Source: Octopus bimaculoides
Lineage: Eukaryota
Assembly (NCBI RefSeq): GCF_001194135.2
Contig: NC_068994.1
Span: forward strand, 28,849,428 to 28,913,427
Direction of reading: 5' to 3'
Length of the DNA: 64,000 bases
Positions 1 through 10,853 of this stretch are shown here, piece after piece. Within the stretch, counting starts at the first letter, position 1. The number at the start of each line of letters is the position of its first letter. The notes beneath the pieces were generated by a model. The model was not told where the DNA came from and did no database searches. It worked only from the letters and a program-made list of their open reading frames with translations. The position numbers and the translations under genes were made by a program.

Positions 1-40
1 ATATATATATATATATACATATATACATACATATATATAT

Positions 41-540
41 AGGCATGGGCATAGCTGTGAGTTAAGAAGCTTGCCTCCCAACCACATAGTTCCAGATTGA
101 ATCCCATTGTGTGGCACCTTGGGCAAGCGTCTTCCACTATAGCCTTAGGCCGATCAAAGCCATGTCAGTGGATTTCGTTGATGGAAACTGAAAGAAGTCT
201 ATCCTATATATATATATATACATATACACACATGTGTATATGTATATATATACATACATACATATATATATATATATTATAGCTGCAGGCCGACCAAAAC
301 CTCGTGAGTGGATTTTGGACAGAAACTGAAAGAAGATTGTCGTATATACATGTACATTTGTGTGTTTCTACTCCCACCATTACTTGACAACCGATGTTGC
401 TGTGTTTATGTTCAGCAAAAGACACTGATAGAATAAGTACTAGGCTTATAAAGAATAAATCCTGTGGTCGATTTGTTTGACTAACAGGCATGCTCCAGTA
501 TGCCCACAGTCACATGGCTGAAAGAAGTAAAACAATAACA
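41..540 (+). mobile_element. tRNA-derived bipartite SINE (family A) with internal (TA)n tract
   Basis: Pol III-like head (GCTGTGAGTTAAGAAGC...GATTGAATCCC), body CTTGGGCAAG.GTCTT...GGAAACTGAAAGAAG, internal TA microsatellite, tail TTGACAACCGATG...GAATAAGTACT...CTGAAAGAAGTAAAA. The same modules recur about 20 times in the window. Confidence 0.85.
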
Positions 541-585
541 AAACTATGTCATTTTAATCCCAAGCAAGGTCAGGTATCTCTGCTA

Positions 586-587
<2 letters not shown>
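541..587 (+). mobile_element. Solo Helitron 3' terminus
   Basis: AAACTATGTCATTTTAATCCCAAGCAAGGTCAGGTATCTCTGCTAGT matches the reverse complement of 21028-21074 except for a few substitutions and ends in CTAG|T, the Helitron 3' signature. Confidence 0.75.
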
Positions 588-620
<33 letters not shown>

Positions 621-624
<4 letters not shown>

Positions 625-1805
625 GTCATCCTATGAGTAATGCAGTTTTTTTATATTTCTTTTATTTTTCAAAATTAAAATAAACATAGTTATTTTTTAA
701 TCTAAAATATACTCTCGTTCATTTCCTACAATGCTCTTCCATCTATCTGGTAGACTTGCAAGGCCCCTCATCCAAAATTCACTTGTCCATGATGAAAAAT
801 ACTCCTCCAGTACTGTTCTGACCTTGTCTTCAGAATTCAAACTTTTTCCATCCAAATGATTTTGAAAACTGTATGTGGCCAAGCATTATCCTGATGGAAG
901 AGCACCTTTCGTCTTGAAACCAAAGATGGTCCCTTTTCTTCTAGCACTGACTTAAGCCACTGAAGATACTCACAGAAGATCTCCTTTGTTAGTGTTTTGT
1001 TTGGGTTTAACAGTTCAAAGTGGACTAAACTTCTCATAGCCCACCAAACAGATAACAATACCTTACGTGTGTGAAGACCTTCTTTAGCCTGGGCTGCTAG
1101 TGTTTCTCCTTTCCCTACTCACTGTCTTCAGCACCTGTCATTTTGATAGAGAACCCATTTCTCATCACCAGTCACTATTTGGTCTAAAATAGGTTCATTT
1201 GTGAGATCTGATAGCAAAGAAGAGTACATTCACTCTCTGCGCATGATTTGATTCGGAAAGTTTGTGAGGAACCTACTGACCCAATTTGCTGACTTTTCTG
1301 ATGGCATGCAGGTGTCAGTGAATGGTTGACTGACCAAATCCAAGCTTCTTCGCTAGTTCCTGAACAGTTACGATGGGATTTTGTTCCACCAGGGTATGCA
1401 GGACATCCTTGTCGAGCTCTACAGATCTTCCAGGATGAAGTACGTTTTCTAGGCTGTAGTTTCCAGCTCAGTATTTCTGAAACCACCGTTGACACTGGCT
1501 TACGCTTATTGTCCGATCCCCATATACTGCATTGATATTCCTCACACTTTCTGTTGGGTTGTTGCTTTTATTGAACTCAGAAAGTAAAATATGCCAAATA
1601 TGTTCCTTTGTTACTTCCATTATAGCTTTAGAAAAATCACTGTTAAAATCGAACTGCACACTTCAAAACTTACACTAAGAATTAGTTCAAGGTAAAATTA
1701 CTACCTGCTTTTATAGCAAGTTGGTGCAGGTGGTTTATCCTGTCCCCCTCTGACTTTTAGTTCATGTAATTGGAAAAAAACTGCATTATTTATAGGGCAA
1801 CCCAT
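621..1805 (-). mobile_element. Degenerate mariner transposon (DD34D type), internally deleted
   Basis: Imperfect TIRs at 621-652 (TTGGGTCATCCTATGAGTAATGCAGTTTTTT) and 1774-1805, next to TA. Minus-strand transposase fragments: HTH MEVTKEHIWHILLSEFNK..SVSQCQRWFQKY, *VPHK (WVPHEL-like), IVTGDEKW, HQDNAWPHT, and C-terminus LPDRWKSIVGNEREYILD*. Stops and frameshifts are present. Confidence 0.92.
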
Positions 1806-1874
1806 TATTTATATACATATGTATATAATATATACATACATATGTAATACAAGCATACACACACACATGTAGCA

Positions 1875-1924
1875 GTGATGATGTTGATGATGATGAGGAT
1901 GATGATGACGACGACGACGACAAC

Positions 1925-1960
<36 letters not shown>
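1875..1960. repeat. (GAT/GAC)n microsatellite
   Basis: Direct reading. Confidence 0.95.
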
Positions 1961-2250
1961 ACTCATTTATTCTTTAATGTTTTACTTTTCTTTGCCTTTA
2001 TTAAGAATATTTGACAATATTTTTATGTTGATGCATTAACCTTGTTATATTTCAGAACAGTAATGCTCCCAGAATAATATTGGTTATTAATCATCTTGTG
2101 CGGTGGATCCCAACCCTTTTAACCCAAGGCAAATCTCCCCACCCCATGGAATCTTGGACATTATAAGTGAAAAAAAGCACTTCAGTTTTGTAATAAATGG
2201 TTAATAGTAGAAACAGGTTACTTTGGAAAAAATTTAAAAACCTAAAAATA
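1950..2250 (+). repeat. Inverted duplication, copy 1 (partner 8235-8945)
   Basis: GATACTCATTTATTCTTT...TTGTTATATTTCA...GTGGATCCCAACCCTTTTAACCCA...CCATGGAATCTTGGACATT...AAAAACCTAAA aligns collinearly with the reverse complement of 8235-8945. Confidence 0.9.
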
Positions 2251-2620
2251 AAACAAAATGTGTAAAATTTATCAAATAATAACAGAACTTTAATTAGTTT
2301 TATTATCATGAAATTTATTTCAACAGATATTCAAAAACTGAAAATTTGTAATGAAAATTTTTTTCAAAGGTGACCTGTTTTCTACCTTTAACATAAGCTC
2401 CATAAAAATAGCAGCACCCATTAATTGCACATTTAGTCTCTACAGTTCTACTTCACAAAAACCAAAAATATTTTGTAGGTTCAATAAAACAACCATTTAT
2501 AATCACGTTATTTTTCTGTTATAACAAGCATAACAAAAAACTTCTAATGACACCCAGAAAATTAGTAACTTCTAAAAAATTATTATATTTGAGTGAAATC
2601 CTTTAGCCAATTTAAAAAGT

Positions 2621-2950
2621 GCATGGCTCAGTGGTTAGAGCATCATGCTCACAATTATGAGGCAGTGAGTTTAATTCCTGAACTGTGTTGTGCTCTTGAG
2701 CAAGACACTTTTTTTTTCACATTGTTCCAGTTCACTCATCTGTAAAAGTGAGTTGTGATGTCACTGGTACCATGCTGTATTGACCATTGCCTTTTCTTTA
2801 GATAACATTGGTGGCACAGAGATGGGAGGCTGGTATGTATGGGTGACTACTGGTCTTCCATAAACAACTTTGCCTGGACTTGTACATCTGAGGGGTACTT
2901 TCTATGTGCAATCCCATGGTCATTCATGACTGAAGAGCGTCTTTACCCTT
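2621..2950 (+). mobile_element. tRNA-derived SINE (family B) with CORE-like domain
   Basis: A-box TGGCTCAGTGG, B-box-like GAGTTTAATTCC, then TTGAGCAAGACACTT...TTCACTCATCTGTAAAA, resembling the CORE-SINE domain. Related copies at about 32445-32690 (+), 35120-35370 (+) and a tail at 38325-38540 (-). Confidence 0.7.
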
Positions 2951-3030
2951 TTAATCAAAGCAATGTTCCAGCATGGTTGCAATCAACCGAATGAAATGAA
3001 GTAAAGGAAAAATAAAAGAATATATTAGTT

Positions 3031-3420
3031 GTGGCTGTGTGGTAAGAAGTTTGCCTCCTAACCATATGGTTCTGGGTTCAGTTCCACTGTGTGGCATCTT
3101 GGGTAAGTGTCTTCTACTATAGTCTTAGGCTGACCAAAGCCTTGTGAGTGGATTTGGGAGATGGAAACTGAAAGAAGCCTGTCATATATGTATATATATA
3201 TCTATGTATGTGTCTTTGTGTCTGTATTTATTCCTTATCACTGCTTGACAATTGGTGTTCATGTGTTCACATCTTGTAACTAAACAGTTTGACAAGAGAG
3301 ACTGATAGAATAAGTTCTGGACTTAAGAAAAGTATGAGTGCTGTGGTCAATTTCTTTGGCTAAAAGTCTTTAAGGTGGTGCCCCAGCATGACGACTGAAT
3401 GAAGTAAAAGAATAAAAGAA
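3031..3420 (+). mobile_element. SINE family A copy
   Basis: Head GTGGCTGTGTGGTAAGAAG...GGGTTCAGTTCC, body, microsatellite and tail as in 41-540. Confidence 0.85.
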
Positions 3421-3454
3421 TCATATTACATTTTTACTGTAATTATTCAATAAG

Positions 3455-4200
3455 ATCCTTGTTGCTGATGCAGATTCACAAGCTTTTCCATATTAAGGTC
3501 CTTGATTGAGACAAATGAAGATCATCTCTGCTTACAGTCTTTGAGTGATTGTAAGCTTCTGCTAGCAGGAAAAACACTTGGTAAAAACCAGACTCAACTA
3601 CATAAGTAGGAGAGGCAATGAAATATGAAATATACATCCTACCAAAGCAATGGGAATTTCATACTAACTTCATTACTTGTCCGTAAGTTACTGAGCCCAT
3701 GATTAATTTAGTATGAACAGTTTGCTCTACGGCTTTCTTGAAGATTGATATCAGCATCAACTACATTTGTTTCAAATGGGTCAACTACCCATCTTCTTAT
3801 GTTTATTTCCAGGAGAACTTTGAACAGAATTTCCATATCATTGTACATTTTCTTCAAATGCTTAGCATACACTAAAATGTCACCCTCTTGTAGATCCTCC
3901 TCGATAGCGACAAGGGTTGGAAAATGCATCAACCCCTTATGCCCAACATTTGTGGTGAATGAATTTGAATTGAGTTTTCTAACAAAAGCACTGGTACCCA
4001 CTTTGCAAATTAACAGATTTGTAATTTTACTTTGCAGCTAAATTTGTTCAGCAAATTGAGCTTCTCATCTGCAAGATGGAATTTTCTCACATTTAGCAGT
4101 TAGGATTTCCTCTCCAAGTTGCTTACCATTTAAAAACATTACATTCAATGACGTGATGCAGAGAATTACCTTTAGAGATTGTCAACTATTATATGAATGT
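3455..4200 (-). pseudogene. hAT-superfamily (Charlie/Buster-like) transposase C-terminal remnant
   Basis: Frameshifted peptides SKGNSL, LADEKLNLLNK, SAFVRKL..HFPTL..WVVDPF..LQES, YFIASPTYVVESGFYQV...SRDDLHL and KLVNLHQQQGSY*, matching the hAT dimerisation-domain region ending in HQxQGSH. Confidence 0.75.
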
Positions 4201-5101
4201 CAAAGTAGTAACATAATATTTAATTCATACAAGACTTTCCAATGACAACTTGACACTTTATTCATCAATGATAAATTATCATTGAACTATCAAATGAATC
4301 CATTTTTCTCATGACAGGACTTAAGATATATAGAAAATGCATTGTGTGTCTGTGTATGTATGTATGTTTTTGTTATGTAAATTTTAAAGGATTACATACA
4401 GTAACAGAAAGTTTTAAGCAAAAACTGAGTGTCAATAGTGTGGACCACTTCACAGAACCTGTGCCCCTAGCCCTTAATTCCCATATCTTTCTGTGAACCC
4501 AGTGAACTCTGTCATCTTCCCTTTGGAGTGATATGGCTTCAGATTGGGTGGGTGTGGGTGGAGGGAGAAATATAGATGAACAGCAATCAATAAGTGCATC
4601 AATAAACTTAATTCATATGATTCTCCTGAAATATAACAATATTGGCTTAAACACTTGGGGTCAAATCAAAATTATTGCAAAACAAATTTTAAAAAAACAA
4701 CTCTATTTGTTGGGAAGGAGACAACTGAAAAGAAAAATAATCTTTTTGACATATTTAATTTGAAGATTGTAAAATGCATCACCTGTTTTTCTTTTTTTGT
4801 TCAAATATTGAAAAATGTATTGATTTTATGTGAATTTTGTATATGGGTGGGCTTGTGATACAAAACTTATTTTAATTGAACATATGCACACACTTTGTAT
4901 ATCTATCTTTATGCTGACACACATGCATTTACACTGTATGTATGTGTTTCTGTGTTGTTGTCATCATTGTTGTCATTGTCATCATTTCCTCCTTCTCCTC
5001 CTCCCCATCCCCTCCCCCCTCCTCGTCGTCGTCATCATCATCACCATTGGCAGCAGCAGCTGTAGCAGCAGTAACAACAGTAACATCCTCATCACTTTTA
5101 A

Positions 5102-5322
5102 CCCTTTAGCATTTAAACTGGCCAAATCAGACCCAAATATTCTAGCTGCTTTATGTTCAAACCAGCCAGATCTGCCCTCTTGCACCTTTCCTACAATGTC
5201 ATTCTAAAAATAAACAACCATATCATCAACTTCTTGAAAACATGAGATGATGCATGATTAATTCAAAACAACATGAATAAAAAAAGTGTTTCATTTGACA
5301 AAGTAATCTGAATGCTAAAGAG
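5102..5322 (+). mobile_element. piggyBac-type MITE
   Basis: TTAA|CCCTTTAGCATT ... AATGCTAAAGAG|TTAA (TTAA at 5098-5101 and 5323-5326). A second copy lies at 23293-23512 and a partial end at about 34395-34443. Confidence 0.85.
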
Positions 5323-6779
5323 TTAAATATGCTGACATTGGTTGGATAAACTTGGAATATATCACTTTTCTAGATATTTCCATCTTGACCATGTCGATTT
5401 TCTGAAATATTAAACCTCTTATTTCTATAACTGTATCGATGATACATCACTAGACAATGGCTTCTGAGTCTTCCTGTGAACAATCAGTTAAACAGTTACA
5501 GATGTGTGCTAAAGGAACCCAAGAAAGTTTTCTGGGTGTTGTCAGGGTGGTTATTAGAACAGGCCTTGATTATACATTTAAGAAGCTAACTCCAGAACAT
5601 GATTTTGGGTTCAATTTCACTGTGAAACACTCTGGGCAAATATAGCCTCAAGTTGACATGAGCATTGCAAATTAAATTTGGTGGATGGAAACTATGAAAG
5701 CCTGTTGGTAAGGGACTGCTCTATTTCTAGTGAGTAAAGGTTAATCTAACACCTAGCTGGTCCTAAGGTATTTTCAGTGGAGTCCACTCTGTTGCATATA
5801 TTGTTGCTAAGTCTTCAGTATGAAGCTAAACTTCCTCTTTTTCTCCAACCATTCTTTCTCAAAGGCCCTGTAAAGAGGTACAGACACAGTTCTTCCTCAT
5901 GAACTTGCCATTAAAATAGTTTAAAATATATATAAAGAAACAAGGAAATGAAAGCTTATAGAAGGGAAATAACCTTGCAGATAAATAGTTGGGAGCTACC
6001 AATCCATGAGATGTGAGTTCCATTTCAACACAAGCATTTTATTTATTTATTTATATATTTCTTTCTTTATTTATTTATATATTTATTTATATATTTATTT
6101 ATTCATCCATTCATTCAGTCATTCATTTCCTTAGAATTACATTGTCTCAGTTTACCTTGCTACCAGGAATAAGCACCAGGTTTTCTAAGAAAGGACCAAC
6201 AAGTTTGACTGATAAAATTGATTAGAAACATCTGATAAAGCATTCACCGATAAGTAAGGTCAAACATCTGACTTCATTTACAACTGTGAGACATACATAC
6301 ATACATACATACATACATACATACATACAGTTGCTTAGGGGATGCAAATGTACAATCAAAAGTCCAGGAAAAAGAAAATATTTATCATCAATTAATATGG
6401 AACTTATAACTGTTGTACTCCGACTGTGAATTCTCATTTGTACTTATCATCATAGGTGCATTAGGTTATGTACCAACAAATTTGCACAAAACCTAGCTAT
6501 ACTTGGTTTCACAGATAAAGAGCAAAAGGAACTGATGCAAATTCTCCAAATCCAATCTGTTAGTGGCACAGTGAAGATTTGTAAGACATTCCAAACATTC
6601 TCCATCTGAAATTCTAATGTGAACAGATGCACACACTTGTGTGTATGTATTAATAATTAAACCAACTCACCCACATACTTGCAAACATTGGGAACTCTCT
6701 TTACTCAAAATGTCTAGTCACTTTGTTAGTGACTGGCATGAGCTCTTTGAAGGAGAACTTAAATAAAACTCAATGAAAA

Positions 6780-7486
6780 GTCATAGATGCATAAATACAC
6801 TAGACATTCATTAATATTGATCTCCATCCATACTTTCACTGATCACTCACCCACACCTACTGTGTCACCAAATTCTCTCTCCTTTCCCACTACCAAATGT
6901 CTCGCCCTTATCATACACTGAGCCCGCCTTTCTTTACCAGCCACTCCTACAACCTATCTACCAGCATGTATGTCATCTCCCTTTTGCCCTCATGTTTACA
7001 GTTTCATTAACTCTATTTTGCTGTTCTTCATTATCAGATATCCCCTATGTCACATACTCACACTTGGAACCCCTGCCTCATCCATTCCTAACCACCTTGT
7101 ACCTTGAAGGTCCACTCTGATTCCTCATCACCACTTATATCACATTACAACACCACCCACCACTCCGTCCTCTCTTTTAAAATTTGAGAAAGCCATTCTG
7201 CTCTGGCTTTTTTCTCATACCTTACATTTCTTTAATCCTTTTCCTCCTAGTATAGAGTTCTTGCTGCCCACTCAGGGTTCTCAGTCTTGCAAGTTGCATG
7301 ACAACCTCATAACTGCTGGTGGCACAAAAGGAAACACCCAGTACACATTCTAAAGTGGTTGGCTAAAGGAAGAGCATCCAGCTATAGAAACCATATCAAA
7401 TAAACACTGGGGTACAAAACAGTTTTTAGGCCCATCAGATCCTGTCTAAATATCCAACCCATGTCAGCATGGACCATGGCTGGTAA

Positions 7487-7529
<43 letters not shown>

Positions 7530-7530
7530 G
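6780..7530. mobile_element. Decayed LINE-like segment followed by a common retroposon tail ending (GAT)n
   Basis: C-rich decayed region, then ...GAGCATCCAGCTATAGAAACC...CCAACCCATGTCAGCATGG...AAATGATGATGAT. This tail recurs many times (e.g. 12290-12420, 22330-22440, 41350-41580). Confidence 0.5.
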
Positions 7531-7942
7531 GAGGAGGAGGAGGAGGAGGAGGATGTGTGTGTGTGTATATATAAAACAAAACAGGAAATAGGAAATTTTT
7601 TGGTATTATTCACCATTACACATATTTCATTTGCTAATAGGAATTACAAAGTTTTACATGTTAGGCACATGTGTTAGGAATTTCCTTACATGTCTATCTA
7701 ATTACCTACATTATGTGTGTGTGTGTGTGTGTGTGTTTATAAAACAAAGAAGGATTGATAAGGGATAGTAATCCAAGCAAAGCACTTCTTAAGTTCTCTG
7801 CAGATAAAATACACCAGGCTAATAAAAAAGTCTTGTGATTGATATTCTACTCCAGGTATTCTGAAGTCAAAGTCCATCGCCAGTCAAATTTGTAAGTCCA
7901 TGGTTGTATTACCTGGTTAAGAAGGTGTTTTTACAGACTGAG

Positions 7943-8181
7943 GCATAAAATAGACAGAAGTAATGGGTTATATACATTTATTTATTCATTTATTTTATTT
8001 TAGACTTATAGCTGTTTCAGATATGAATTTGAGTGTGTTCATGGTTCAATTTCATCAGTCGATCAATTGATTGATTGATAAAATTGAATCACGATCACAC
8101 CCAAATGCATATCTGAAACAGCTGTAGGCTTATAATAAATAAATGAATGCAATTAATCTATTATTTCTGTCTATTTTATGC
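7943..8181. repeat. ~240-bp palindrome with hammerhead-core-like motifs (Penelope-like pLTR-derived?)
   Basis: Left arm GCATAAAATAGACAGAAG...AGCTGTTTCAGATATG...TTCATCAG and right arm ...CATATCTGAAACAGCTGTAGGC...TTCTGTCTATTTTATGC are reverse complements with scattered substitutions. Confidence 0.85.
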
Positions 8182-8200
8182 ATGTGTGTGTATGTGTGTG

Positions 8201-8234
<34 letters not shown>

Positions 8235-8235
<1 letters not shown>

Positions 8236-8945
8236 AGGTTTTTAATTTTTTCAAAAGTAATCTCTTTCTACTATTAACCCTTTATTACAAAATTGAAATG
8301 CTTTTTTTTTCACTTACAATGTCCAAGATTCCATGGAGTAGGGTGGTTTGTCATGGGTTAAAAGGGTTGGGATCCACTGATCAAGATGAATTAATGACTA
8401 TTTTTACTTTGGTAGGATGTTGGCACTCCGTCGCTTATGACATCGAGGGTTCCAGTTGATCCGATCAATGGAACAGCCTGCTCGTGAAATTAACGTGCAA
8501 GTGGCTGAGCACTCCACAGACACGTGTACCCTTAATGTAGTTCTCTGGGATATTCAGCGTGACACAGTGTGACAAGGCTGACCCTTTGAATTACAGGCAC
8601 AACAGAAACAGGAAGTAAGAGTGAGAGAGGGTTGTGGTGAAAGGGTACAGCAGGGTTTGCCACCATCCTTTGCTGGAGCCTTGTGGAGCTTTAGGTGTTT
8701 TCACTCAATAAACACTCACAACGCCCGGTCTGAATCAAAACCGTGATCCTATGACTGCGAGTCCGCTGCCCTAACCACTGGGCCATTGCACCTCCACTAT
8801 TTGGTAGGATGATGCTTTTGAAATATAACAATGTTAATGTATCAACATAGAAATATTGTTGAATATTCTTAATAAATGGAGGGGTAAGTTAAACATAAAA
8901 GAATAAATGAGTATCCTCATCATCATTGTTGTCATCGTTGTCATC
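8235..8945 (-). repeat. Inverted duplication, copy 2 (interrupted by a SINE)
   Basis: Reverse-complement match to 1950-2250 on both sides of the SINE at 8420-8799. Confidence 0.9.
8420..8799 (-). mobile_element. Young tRNA-derived SINE with 12-bp target-site duplication
   Basis: TSD TTTGGTAGGATG at 8408-8419 and 8800-8811. Minus-strand head has A-box TGGCCCAGTGGTTAGG and B-box-like GGTTTTGATTC. Several CpGs are retained. Confidence 0.92.
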
Positions 8946-10316
8946 ACCTAAATCCCCTCCTCCTCATCACCACCACCACCACCACCACCTTTAATGATGA
9001 TGATGATGATGAGATTTGCCAATCTGAAATTTCTTACCAAACCAATTCATCATCCCTCTTCATATACACAAAAACCAACAAAAATGAAAATTTTGATTAT
9101 TTGAAAATTGATCAGGTCAGAATTCTTTCACATTGTTGTGAATAAATTAATAATTTCACCATCCAATGAAAAGTATCCAATTCATTAACTTCCATTTGTT
9201 TCAAATGTCTTTTTTTCTTTTGTTTTGTCTTAACTACCCATACAGTTTTTTTATATTTTTCCACAATGCTTCATCATCATCATTATCATCATCATTTAAT
9301 GTCCACTTTTCTATGCTTGCATGATTCAGACAGAATTTGTTGAGGCAGATTTTCTACAGCTGGATGTTCTTCTGTTGCCAACCCTCACCTATTTCCAAGC
9401 AAGCTAATAATTCCCCATAGTCAACATGTTTTTCATGGAAGACTGGAAATGGACAACCTCAGTTGTCTGACAACAATGCTCATTTACAACCATCATGTGA
9501 TGTTAAAATAAGAGTACATACAAAGACATACACACACAAACACAATACATATACATGCACATACATACATACAATAGGCTTCATTTCTGTCTACCAAATT
9601 CACTCACAACAATTTGGTCAGCTTTGGGCCATAGTAGAAGACATTTACACAAGATGGTGCTCAGTGGGATTGAACCCAAGACTACATGGTTGGGAAGTAA
9701 GCTTCTTAACCACACAGTCATGCCTGTATTCAACTTTTCATAAATCAATATAGGTTCCTCTGGTAACTCAAGCTGTTGTTGTGGTTTAGTCCTGGGCCAT
9801 TGATGATCAAACAGACCAATGAGCAAAGGCATTTCAGCTGTAACCATCGCACCTTAGTTTTTCAAAGATAATTTCTTTACGTCAGCATTATCAAATGGAT
9901 CAGTACAATGTGTTGAGTAATTTGAGGGCAATTTGACTGTTAGTTCTAGCAGATCATATTGTGAATGGGAGAGGATTGTGTTGTTGTTGTTGTTGTTGTT
10001 TATAGTGTGCTAGTCAGTTCAGCTTGAGCAGGCCCATACATACAATCAAAGACTTAAAATGGCTCACATAGTCAGTTCACAGAATCAGTTATGCAGACAT
10101 AGAAAAGTTTTGCAGACTTAGAAAAGTGGTTGAGTTACATTACACACTGTCACACATACATAAACTCATACTTACATACATATATTCATGTTTCATACTT
10201 AGATGCACACACATGAAATAATTCTTTTTTGGAATGGTGGAACTTGCAGCAGATAAAGCTATAAATAATAGCATGTAAATATTGGGTTAAAAAACCCTTT
10301 GAATAGAAAAAGTTGA

Positions 10317-10384
10317 TGGCTGCCTGTGGGACTTGAACTCACATCTGTGAACATGACAGATGTTTTACCATTGGACCAAAGCAA
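10317..10384 (-). pseudogene. tRNA-like element (pseudo-tRNA), copy 1
   Basis: Minus strand: TGGTCCAATGGTAA (A-box), TCTGT-7 nt loop-ACAGA stem, GAGTTCAAGTCCC (B-box), then TTTTT. The acceptor stem pairs poorly and U33 is absent. Confidence 0.5.
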
Positions 10385-10584
10385 TTCCTTGGAATTTCTC
10401 TATTCATCTTAGAAACTTTATTCTTACCAGCGAGAATTGTATGTTGTTTATATCATAAGAATTTAGAAACTTGAAGAGAATGTGAAATAATCCTTTTTGG
10501 GAACTGGATTTTGAAGTAGATAAAGCTATGATTAATAATATGTAAATATTGGATTCAAAAGCACTTTGGATAAAAAGAGTCAAA

Positions 10585-10651
10585 TGCTGCTGTGGGACTC
10601 AAACCCATATCTTCTGTAAATATGACAGGTGTTCTTCCACTGGATCAAGGC
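10585..10651 (-). pseudogene. tRNA-like element (pseudo-tRNA), copy 2 in a tandem ~270-bp unit
   Basis: Homologous to copy 1 including shared 3' flank (AGATAAAGCTAT...TGTAAATATTGG on +), followed by TTTTT on the minus strand. Confidence 0.45.
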
Positions 10652-10692
10652 TGGGCAAATAAAGTTCCTAAAATGGACAGAAAAAATTTGAA

Positions 10693-10853
10693 GTTATCTC
10701 AGTCCATCAATGGTAGCACATTGATGGACTGAGATAACATTTCTTATAGACATGCTGTGTTAAAAACACAATAAATATTGGAGGGAGGTGAAAACTTGCC
10801 CCCTCAAATATTTATTCAGTTTTTAACACAGGACATTTGTAAGAAATGTTATC
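10693..10853. repeat. Two interlocked inverted repeats
   Basis: Perfect 20-bp stem (10693-10712 / 10719-10738, loop GTAGCA), overlapping a second imperfect ~55-bp-arm inverted repeat (10733-10853). Confidence 0.9.

Noticed and set aside
7382-7579. Poly-Pro/poly-His ORF
   Set aside because: Antisense of (GAT)n(GAG)n at a retroposon tail.
8720-8799. SINE heads as genuine tRNA genes (also 2621, 3031, 31350, 35565)
   Set aside because: Each continues into a SINE body, lacks a proper acceptor stem and is degenerate.
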